Part shown: positions 56,272-64,000 of the stretch, piece by piece | Numbering within the stretch: position 1 is the first letter of the stretch | Layout of the letters: each line of letters opens with the position of its first letter | IMG/VR virus record: IMGVR_UViG_3300020037_004820 | Source: a virus | Taxonomy: Duplodnaviria > Caudoviricetes | DNA: 64,000 bases | Strand: one strand, 5' to 3' | The notes under the pieces: generated by a model | What the model was told of the DNA's origin: nothing | Seen by the model: only the letters and a program-made list of their open reading frames with translations | Database searches by the model: none | Position numbers and translations under genes: made by a program

Positions 56272-56652
56272 ATGTACAGTCCGTTAAACATAGTTAACAG
56301 TGCTGATCAACTGATCAAATCTGATCAGAAGTATATAAGCTATCAAAAGCTATTTAAAGAGAAATATAATATAACATCTGAGATCGTTAATCTGATCGAT
56401 ATGATAGCATTGGAAGATTTAATAGCTTTTAAAATAGAAAAAAGTTTAAATATTTTTAATGGAAGGAATTTATTTCCTTTAAAATCGATTTATATGACTT
56501 TGTTAGAACTTGCTTATGCTCAAGTAATAAACTCGTATGAGGATACTAAAATACGTAAAAATATTCGATCTACATTTAATGGAATTAAACATAGTCTTTA
56601 CTATAAAGTAAAAAAAGAAGAAGAAAGACTTGAGAAATTAAAAAATGCATAA
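56272..56652 (+). CDS. Hypothetical protein
   Basis: ORF; start uncertain. Confidence 0.6.
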   Translation: MYSPLNIVNSADQLIKSDQKYISYQKLFKEKYNITSEIVNLIDMIALEDLIAFKIEKSLNIFNGRNLFPLKSIYMTLLELAYAQVINSYEDTKIRKNIRSTFNGIKHSLYYKVKKEEERLEKLKNA

Positions 56653-57289
56653 TACAAAAATATTTAATGTGTATAATGTAACATTTTTTATATCTAATTT
56701 ACAATTAAACATAGAAGATGTTAAGAAAGATATAATACGTTTACCCAAATTTTGCTTCTTAGAAGTCAATAAAGTTTACATATATAATGCAGAAGATTTG
56801 GATAACTATGATTTAGATAGTTCATATGGTCACAGAATTGTAAAAATAGACTCATCTAAGATAGCTTCTAGAAAAGATTTAGTTAAAACATTGATTCATG
56901 AATTATATCATTCTATTCAAGATCAAATTAAAGAAAAATTCAATGAACAATTTGAGAAAGTTTGTTTTGAGTATCTCGTAAAAAAGAAAAAAATTCTTGA
57001 TATATTTAAATCAGATAGTCGATTCACTCCTCCTGAACCTTCCTTCTACACGGCGTTATTTTATAATGAAAAGTTTGATGATTATCTATATAATATCATT
57101 GGATATAATGTTATTAATAATCGTTTGAAGGATTATTTTCCATCATCCTATTCTATGACATCAATCGATGAATATATCGCCACATGTTTTGAAATTTTCT
57201 ACTTTGAAAATCAGAAGTGGTTGTCTATATATTGTCCAGAGGTTTTTGATTTAATCAAAACAATAGGAAGTTATGAAAAAGAAAATTAA
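56645..57289 (+). CDS. Putative zinc metallopeptidase (HExxH)
   Basis: TLIHELYHS..YSMTSIDEYIATCFE. Confidence 0.65.
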   Translation: MHNTKIFNVYNVTFFISNLQLNIEDVKKDIIRLPKFCFLEVNKVYIYNAEDLDNYDLDSSYGHRIVKIDSSKIASRKDLVKTLIHELYHSIQDQIKEKFNEQFEKVCFEYLVKKKKILDIFKSDSRFTPPEPSFYTALFYNEKFDDYLYNIIGYNVINNRLKDYFPSSYSMTSIDEYIATCFEIFYFENQKWLSIYCPEVFDLIKTIGSYEKEN

Positions 57290-58631
57290 TATTCTAACAT
57301 TAGGTGATCATCCTTTACATTTATCAGGTGTTGCACATTGTTTAAGAGATATATGTAATGCTTTATTGAAAACAGGAAATTATACAATCACTTCATTAGG
57401 TGCAGCAATTCATCATGATGATATGCGACCTGTCAAACTAAATGAAGATTGGATAATTATTCCAGTAGAAGGTTTTGGTACAATAGATCAAGTTACTTCT
57501 TTATGTAAAGAAAGAAAGATTGATATAATTCTGTTTCAATCAGATCCTAGATTTTATAATTGGCTTCTAACTAAAGAAAACGAATTACGACGTAACATAC
57601 CTTTGATTTGGTATACAGTTTGGGATAACTATCCATATCCTGTATTCAATAATTGGATATGGAACTCTGTAGATTATTCTGTAGCAATTTCAAGATTAAC
57701 AGAAGATTTAATAAAAACAGTTTGTTTAAAAACAAATGTTCTATATCAACCTCATGCTATTAATAGAGATGTTTTTAAACCTTTATCTAAAGATGAATCA
57801 GAATCTTTCACCAGAAATCATTTACCTTTTGCAAAAGATAGATTTTTAGTATTCTGGAATAACAGAAATGGTAGACGTAAAAATGCAGGAATGTTAGTAT
57901 CTGCATTTGCAAAGTTTGCAAACATGGTCGGCAGAGATAAAGTCTGTTTACTAATGAAAACCGATCCAGTAGACGGAGTAGGATTTAATATACCTGAGAT
58001 CATTCGAGGATATGATGTTCAGGATTGTGTAGTTATAAATGCAGAGAAGTTACCAGAAGAAATACTTTGTAAGATATATAATGCAGCAGATTGTACAATT
58101 AATATATCTAATAATGAAGGTTTTGGAATGGGGACTTTAGAGTCTTTATCATGTGGAACACCTATTATAGCAACTTGGACAGGCGGTATGAGGGAGCAAT
58201 TAGCTGATAATATAGATGATCCAACTGAGTTTTTCGGCGTACCTCTATTTCCTGCTACTAAAACCTTAATAGGTTCCCCAGAACTTCCTTGGATTAATGA
58301 AGATCAATGTTCTGAGGAAGATCTTGTAGAAGCATTACTGTTTATGTATCAATTAGGTCCTGATAATAGATATAATTGGGGACAAAGAGGATGCGATCAC
58401 GTTCAAAACAATTTTAATTGGGAAAATTTTAATAAGTTTTGGCCAGCATTATTTGAAGATGTACACAATAAACACGGGTCATGGCCTAATATATTACATG
58501 AAAAATATAGAGCGGAAGAAATTACATGTCTAAAACGGTACGAATCGACGAAGAAACCTACAGACTCGCCACTATCAACCAGCATCAACAAAACGCACTT
58601 TCTCAAATTTTTACAAAGCTCTCCGCAATAA
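57273..58631 (+). CDS. GT-B (GT4-like) glycosyltransferase
   Basis: NNRNGRRKN; YNAADC..EGFGMGTLESLSCGTPII. Confidence 0.88.
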   Translation: MKKKINILTLGDHPLHLSGVAHCLRDICNALLKTGNYTITSLGAAIHHDDMRPVKLNEDWIIIPVEGFGTIDQVTSLCKERKIDIILFQSDPRFYNWLLTKENELRRNIPLIWYTVWDNYPYPVFNNWIWNSVDYSVAISRLTEDLIKTVCLKTNVLYQPHAINRDVFKPLSKDESESFTRNHLPFAKDRFLVFWNNRNGRRKNAGMLVSAFAKFANMVGRDKVCLLMKTDPVDGVGFNIPEIIRGYDVQDCVVINAEKLPEEILCKIYNAADCTINISNNEGFGMGTLESLSCGTPIIATWTGGMREQLADNIDDPTEFFGVPLFPATKTLIGSPELPWINEDQCSEEDLVEALLFMYQLGPDNRYNWGQRGCDHVQNNFNWENFNKFWPALFEDVHNKHGSWPNILHEKYRAEEITCLKRYESTKKPTDSPLSTSINKTHFLKFLQSSPQ

Positions 58632-58918
58632 AACATGATTTCACATTTATTTTTGAATATGATACAGATTCTTTAACCATCACAACTAGTGCATGGATTA
58701 TAGGAAGAAAACTAAAAATAGAGTTACCTTTTATAAAAAGAAAAAATAGAATATTTCGAGATGAAACTATTATTATACCTGAGAGATATTTGTTTAGTGG
58801 AGAAAATATGATATATATTTTGAGAGATTTACTTCTTCCTTTTGAAGAGGAAGTAAAATTTAAAGATATTATAGCGAATATAAAAAATTTAGAATTTGAA
58901 ACCAATGAGGTAGGATAA
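58526..58918 (+). CDS. Hypothetical protein overlapping GT 3' end
   Basis: 130-aa ORF. Confidence 0.5.
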   Translation: MSKTVRIDEETYRLATINQHQQNALSQIFTKLSAIKHDFTFIFEYDTDSLTITTSAWIIGRKLKIELPFIKRKNRIFRDETIIIPERYLFSGENMIYILRDLLLPFEEEVKFKDIIANIKNLEFETNEVG

Positions 58919-58924
58919 TAATCT

Positions 58925-60148
58925 ATGAGTAAATTAAAAGTTTTGGTTGCAGCTTGTCCTTTTGCAACAAGCGGATATGCTGAGCATTCGAGAGTTGTTT
59001 TACGAGCATTACGTCAAATTGAAGATAAAATAGATTTAGTCTTATTACCTTATAGATGGTCAAATACTTCTAACACATATGATAATGATGAAGAAGTTAA
59101 GTGGTTTGAATATTTAATGTCAAAATTTGATCAAAATATGCTTGGACATTTTGATATCTCTATTCAACTAGGCGTACCTTCTGAATGGAAAAGATTTGCA
59201 CAGTATAATATCGGGGTAACTGCGGGCGTTGAAACTACCACAATTCCTCCAGAATGGGTTGAACACTGTAATGCAATTGATAAAGTCATTACTGTATCGA
59301 ATTTTTCTAAAAATTCCATGCTAAATACTGTAAAAGATGATAAAAAAATAACAACTCCTATAGAAGTTATAGGTTTTCCCGTTAAAAAAGATTTAGATGT
59401 TGTACCTATCAATTTAGAATTAACTACAAAATTCAATTTTCTATGTGTAACTCAATGGGCTCCACGTAAGAATTTAGAATTTATGGTTAAAATGTTTGTT
59501 GAAACATTTAAAAATTGTCCAGATGTAGGTCTTATACTAAAAACTTATACACAATCAAATTGTATACAAGATTATTATGATGCTAAATTGAAACTATTCG
59601 ACTTAATTCCTTCTATAGAAAATAGAAAATGTAAAGTATATCTTATTCATGGTGACTTATCTGATCATGAAATGAATTCTCTATATAAATTAGATAGTGT
59701 AAAAGCTTATGTAAATGCTGCATCAGGTGAAGGTTGGTGTATTCCTATGTTCCAAGCTGTTTACAATGGTATACCTGTTATTGCACCTGATTTCTCTGGA
59801 TATAAAGATTATCTCTATCAAAATAGAGAGGAAAAGAAAGGTAAATTCAAATTAAAACCTTATTTTCAACGAGTTGTTGCAGATATAAATCCTGTTCAAC
59901 AGCATCAATTAATGCCGGGGATTATTAATCCTGGTATGCTTTGGTCATTTCCTCAACCATTAGATTTTAAATTTAAATTGCAGGAAGTATATAAAGATTA
60001 TGGACGTTTCAAAACTCAAGCTGAACAATTACAAAAGATTGTATTAGAAAAATATACTCCTGAAATGATTTATTCTCAAATTCTACAAGCTATATTTGAA
60101 AAGTTTGTCATAGAAGATAAAGTTGATGAAATAATTGAGGTTGACTAA
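58925..60148 (+). CDS. GT-B (GT4-like) glycosyltransferase
   Basis: SGY..; PRKN; GEGWCIPMFQA..GIPVIA. Confidence 0.85.
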   Translation: MSKLKVLVAACPFATSGYAEHSRVVLRALRQIEDKIDLVLLPYRWSNTSNTYDNDEEVKWFEYLMSKFDQNMLGHFDISIQLGVPSEWKRFAQYNIGVTAGVETTTIPPEWVEHCNAIDKVITVSNFSKNSMLNTVKDDKKITTPIEVIGFPVKKDLDVVPINLELTTKFNFLCVTQWAPRKNLEFMVKMFVETFKNCPDVGLILKTYTQSNCIQDYYDAKLKLFDLIPSIENRKCKVYLIHGDLSDHEMNSLYKLDSVKAYVNAASGEGWCIPMFQAVYNGIPVIAPDFSGYKDYLYQNREEKKGKFKLKPYFQRVVADINPVQQHQLMPGIINPGMLWSFPQPLDFKFKLQEVYKDYGRFKTQAEQLQKIVLEKYTPEMIYSQILQAIFEKFVIEDKVDEIIEVD

Positions 60149-60333
60149 TGAAATCTGATGTTTACGATTTAGATATCTTTTTAACAATTATAGATGTAAA
60201 GATAAAAAACACTAAGGCAATGACTTATGATGAATTTCTTAAAACAATAGATAATATGTTAGATGATATTGAGAAGTTAAGAGACGGAAATCCGGAGTTG
60301 ACTCATATTGGATTTACTAATGGTGGAATATGA
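60148..60333 (+). CDS. Small hypothetical protein
   Basis: Coupled on both sides. Confidence 0.5.
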   Translation: MKSDVYDLDIFLTIIDVKIKNTKAMTYDEFLKTIDNMLDDIEKLRDGNPELTHIGFTNGGI

Positions 60334-61943
60334 AGTATGTTTTTATAAGTGATTTTTTTCAAGAAATTGGTGGAGGAGAGATGGTAGATGCTCGTCTTCG
60401 AGAATTTCTTGGAGGAGAGCAAATTCTTATAAGGTCTGTAGATTGTAATATAGAAAAATTATCTAAAGTCAAAGATTATAGATTTATAATCAGTAATTTC
60501 ATAGCATTGTCTCAAACTTGTAAAGAATATATAGCTAAAAATTGTAACTATATTATATGGGAACATGATCATAAATATTTAAGAACTCGTAACCCATCAG
60601 TTTTTAAAGATTGGAAAGCGCCATCAGATCAATTACAAAATATCGAATTTTATCAATCAGCTAAATCTGTTATATGTCAAACTCAGCAACATTTAGATGT
60701 TGTATTTTTAAATACAGGCTTAAATAATCTTGTAAATTATGGTGGATCATTATGGTCTAATGCTCAATTAGATTGGCTAAAACAGTGTGCAACTCAGTGT
60801 GATCCGCATGGAACTGCTGTATTATCTTCTGAAATTGTTCATAAAGGAACAAAACAGGCTTTAGAATACTGCACATCTAAAAATATAGAACCTGTATTAT
60901 TAGAAGTAATGGATTGGGAAGATTTTGTTAGAGAGTTATCTTATTGTAAAGAATTATTATTTTTTCCACAAGTTTTAGAAACATGTTCGCGAATTGCAGT
61001 CGAAGCTAGAATGCTCGGATTAAGAGTCATAGGAAACAATAACCTTTCAGCGCTTAAAGAGGATTGGTTTAAGAAATATAAGGGTGTAGAATTAATTGAA
61101 TATTTTAAAGAGAAGAATAATAATATTCAAAAATTCATTGATACATGCTTTTGGCCTATAAAAGTTGAAAAAGTTCAAGAAGCAGATATTACTGTAATTC
61201 TTAATCTTTATAAACGACCACAAAATTTGGAAAAACAAATTGATGCTTTTAGAAATCAGACAGTAAAACCAAAAGAAATATGGGTTTGGCAAAATGCTGC
61301 TCTGCCTTTTGTAGAAGGAGATTCTTGGCAGCGCCACGCTTTACATTTTAAAGGTATTGATAAATGGATAACCTCCAATAATAATTGGGGAGTTTATGGT
61401 CGATTTACTATGGCACAAATGGCTCAAACCAAATTTGTCTGCGTAAATGACGACGATACAATACCTGGTCCACAATGGCTAGAAACGTGCTTAGAATCAT
61501 ATAAAACTAATCCTGGTTTGCAAGGCGGCATCGGTGTACGACTTGAAGCTGACAATTACAGACAACATCACAGAATAGGCTGGGCCGATCCTAGACCTAC
61601 AACTGAGGAAGTTGATCTGGTTGGTCATTCATGGTTTTTTCCCAAGGAATATCTCAAATATATATGGATGGAGGAGCCTTTTACCTGGAATATGGAAGAC
61701 GCTCATTTTAGCTATTGTTTACAGAAATATGGTAATATAAAGACATTTGTACCTCCTCAATTTGGAGATAAATCGTCCAGTGTATTAGGATATGAATTGG
61801 GTGTTGATGCTAATGCAATGAGTCATCCCAAGAATCATGAAAAATTTTATAAAGAACGTGATGAAGCTATAAAATATTATATAGATAACGGATGGAAAAG
61901 AATGATAAAAAAAGTTGAAAGATTAAAAGCATTGGAAAAATAA
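60330..61943 (+). CDS. Two-domain glycosyltransferase (GT-B-like N-terminus plus GT2/GT-A C-terminus)
   Basis: ETCSRIAVEARMLG; ITVILNLYKRP..NDDDTIPG. Confidence 0.8.
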   Translation: MKYVFISDFFQEIGGGEMVDARLREFLGGEQILIRSVDCNIEKLSKVKDYRFIISNFIALSQTCKEYIAKNCNYIIWEHDHKYLRTRNPSVFKDWKAPSDQLQNIEFYQSAKSVICQTQQHLDVVFLNTGLNNLVNYGGSLWSNAQLDWLKQCATQCDPHGTAVLSSEIVHKGTKQALEYCTSKNIEPVLLEVMDWEDFVRELSYCKELLFFPQVLETCSRIAVEARMLGLRVIGNNNLSALKEDWFKKYKGVELIEYFKEKNNNIQKFIDTCFWPIKVEKVQEADITVILNLYKRPQNLEKQIDAFRNQTVKPKEIWVWQNAALPFVEGDSWQRHALHFKGIDKWITSNNNWGVYGRFTMAQMAQTKFVCVNDDDTIPGPQWLETCLESYKTNPGLQGGIGVRLEADNYRQHHRIGWADPRPTTEEVDLVGHSWFFPKEYLKYIWMEEPFTWNMEDAHFSYCLQKYGNIKTFVPPQFGDKSSSVLGYELGVDANAMSHPKNHEKFYKERDEAIKYYIDNGWKRMIKKVERLKALEK

Positions 61944-61944
61944 T

Positions 61945-62256
61945 ATGTGCGACTTTAGGATTATAAAGAAAATTAAACTAACAGAAACTAATGAAGAAAT
62001 TGATATTGAAGAACCTTTTTCAATATCATACTATGATTATTACAATAATTTTTCTAAAGAAAGAGAAAAAGGATTATATTATCTACAAATAACAGGTACA
62101 CATAGAGCTTATTGGAATGGAGAAGGTTGGATAGAAGAGAACGGATCACTTAAGTATGAATGTGATATTAATAATAAGTATATAACACATTCTTATATAA
62201 AAAATGGATTTGATATAATCGAGATTGAGCCAAATCACTCCCACGACCCATATTGA
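61945..62256 (+). CDS. Hypothetical protein
   Basis: ORF in run. Confidence 0.55.
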   Translation: MCDFRIIKKIKLTETNEEIDIEEPFSISYYDYYNNFSKEREKGLYYLQITGTHRAYWNGEGWIEENGSLKYECDINNKYITHSYIKNGFDIIEIEPNHSHDPY

Positions 62257-62272
62257 ACAAGGACTGAACAGC

Positions 62273-63322
62273 ATGATATTAGTAGCACTAGGAACTAGAC
62301 CAGAATTACTTAAAATTGAACCTTTACTGAAATATTGGAAATCTATAGGTTTTGAAGATTGGAAAATTTGGTTAACATGTCAACATGAAGAATTATGCAG
62401 ATCATTAAAAAATGATTGGGAATTTTCAAATAAAGTAAATTCCAGCTATAGAATAGACGATTTTGATAATAGATTAGATGACATAACTATAAGCATTGTA
62501 GGGTCTTCACGGTTTGCGTTAGATAGAAATAGACCAACTGCTTTATTAGTTCAGGGCGATACAGCCTCTGCATATGCTTGTGCTTTAGCTGCTTTTCATA
62601 GAAAGATTCCTATTATTCATTTAGAAGCCGGGTTACGATCATATGATAATGACAATCCTTATCCAGAAGAATTTTATCGTAGATCTATATCTATGATGGC
62701 AAATGTCAATTTATGTCCAACAGAAGATAATAAACTATCATTAATAGAAGAAAGAGTTCCGGGTTCTAAATTTGTTGTGGGCAACACTATTTTAGATTCT
62801 ATTGCGCATATTAAGAAATCACATACTCCTAAAAATTATATATTATGTACTTTACATAGAAGAGAAAATTTAGATCAAATTAAAGAATGGTTTGATGTTT
62901 TAGAAGCATTAGCAGAAAAATCTAGAGGCTTTGAATTCATATTACCGATTCATAAAAATCCAGAAATATATAAATATAAAGAGAGTTTTAAATATGTGAA
63001 ATGTGTTGAACCTTTGAATCATGATGAATTTATTGATATTCTTAAAGATTCTGCATGTATAATAAGTGATTCTGGTGGTGTAGCGGAAGAAGCTAGTTGG
63101 TTTGGTAAAAACATATTTTTATGCAGAAAATTTACAGAAAGACCAGAAGCTTCTAATTTTTACGTATTTTGCCCGACTCCTAAAGATTTATTGGATAACT
63201 TTACTAATGAGATAAAAATGCATTATCCTTTTAATAGAACAGGAGAATGTCCATTTGGAGACGGTAAAGCTTCTGAAAAAATTACTAACGTATTAAAGGA
63301 ACTAAAGATAATTACAGTATAA
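62273..63322 (+). CDS. wecB: UDP-N-acetylglucosamine 2-epimerase (non-hydrolysing)
   Basis: GTRPE, QGDT, HLEAGLRS, PEE, TLHRREN, DSGG, TERPE, FGDG. Confidence 0.93.
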   Translation: MILVALGTRPELLKIEPLLKYWKSIGFEDWKIWLTCQHEELCRSLKNDWEFSNKVNSSYRIDDFDNRLDDITISIVGSSRFALDRNRPTALLVQGDTASAYACALAAFHRKIPIIHLEAGLRSYDNDNPYPEEFYRRSISMMANVNLCPTEDNKLSLIEERVPGSKFVVGNTILDSIAHIKKSHTPKNYILCTLHRRENLDQIKEWFDVLEALAEKSRGFEFILPIHKNPEIYKYKESFKYVKCVEPLNHDEFIDILKDSACIISDSGGVAEEASWFGKNIFLCRKFTERPEASNFYVFCPTPKDLLDNFTNEIKMHYPFNRTGECPFGDGKASEKITNVLKELKIITV

Positions 63323-64000
63323 TGAATATTCAATTTGACAATTTGTTTAGCAAAGAGGGATATATTATCCCTCTTTCTATTATTATGTACTTAAATGAAA
63401 CTTATGAAGATAAGGATATTTCATTTAAAGTTTTACATTATTTTTTATGCCATCTAGCTGACGTTAGGAAAAATAAATTATTAGAATCTTATAGAAATGA
63501 TAAAAATGAGATAAAAATTGCATTAAATGGTTTATCTAATAAGAGTTTAGAGTTTAATTCTAAGCTAAATGATCAGTTAGTAACTGAATTTTGCGACTTT
63601 ATAAGGCTAAAAGAAGATAATGTTAATATTCTTATAGAAAATATTGAAGATTTTCCAGAAGATGTTAACTTTGTAAATGTGTATGAAAATTTCTGTTATA
63701 GATTATTAGAACAAAAACGAAAAGATGAAAAAGATTCTGAAATAATAGAATTAGATATAGAAGATGATCCAGTAGAAGAACAAACAAATTCTGAAAATAC
63801 AGAATTGTCTGAAGATTCTACTGTTAAACGTTTGTTTTCTAAATATTTTGGTGATAAAGTATTATCGGAAAAAATTGTCAAAGGATCACCTCCTGAATAT
63901 GAATGGAATCAAACTTCATTAAGATTTAAAAATCCTGATGGAACTTGGGGAAAATGGGTAGATCTAAAAGGATCTAGCGGTAAATCTGGGGGTGGTTCAA
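63322..64000 (+). CDS. 3'-truncated ORF, probable fibre/collagen-associated virion protein
   Basis: Open from ATG 63322 to window end; PEYEWNQTSLRFKNPDGTWGKWVDLKG motif. Confidence 0.6.
   Translation, partial: MNIQFDNLFSKEGYIIPLSIIMYLNETYEDKDISFKVLHYFLCHLADVRKNKLLESYRNDKNEIKIALNGLSNKSLEFNSKLNDQLVTEFCDFIRLKEDNVNILIENIEDFPEDVNFVNVYENFCYRLLEQKRKDEKDSEIIELDIEDDPVEEQTNSENTELSEDSTVKRLFSKYFGDKVLSEKIVKGSPPEYEWNQTSLRFKNPDGTWGKWVDLKGSSGKSGGGS

Noticed and set aside
56250-56400. Clustered GTTAAC/TGATCA palindromes as a possible origin
   Set aside because: Short, irregularly spaced and partly within an ORF; insufficient support.
1-64000. Stop-codon reassignment as seen in some jumbo phages
   Set aside because: Long ORFs and known enzymes are intact in code 11, all three stops end genes, and no clear suppressor tRNA is present.

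Overview
Fragment of a large, AT-rich tailed (jumbo-type, probably myovirus-like) bacteriophage genome read in standard code 11. From left to right: (1) the 3' part of a >2100-aa protein; (2) small + strand ORFs with TilS, a sigma70-family factor and a metallophosphoesterase; (3) a ~7 kb RNA cluster (14.4-21.1 kb) with 16 tRNA genes (several atypical), 3 tRNA-like RNAs (one circularly permuted), a ~780-nt highly structured ncRNA, several small structured spacers and 4 HNH genes; (4) a CCA-adding enzyme, an apparent RNA mimic of the 23S rRNA L11-binding domain (H43-H44), MnmA and about 45 small hypothetical ORFs; (5) a GC-richer minus-strand module (40.7-47.1 kb) of 15 mostly small genes separated by 12 copies of a conserved two-hairpin element and headed by a duplicated promoter-like unit; (6) an AT-rich late/structural region (HNH, LbH-repeat protein, DNA MTase, capsid-fragment paralogue, T4 gp15-like protein), a glycosyltransferase/WecB cluster and the start of a probable fibre protein. 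The best novelty candidates are the hairpin-delimited cassette array, the rRNA-mimic RNA, the non-canonical tRNA-like RNAs, and GC-rich promoter islands pairing sigma54-type sites with 16-bp-spacer -35/-10 boxes. All calls were made by eye; no database searches or folding programs were run.
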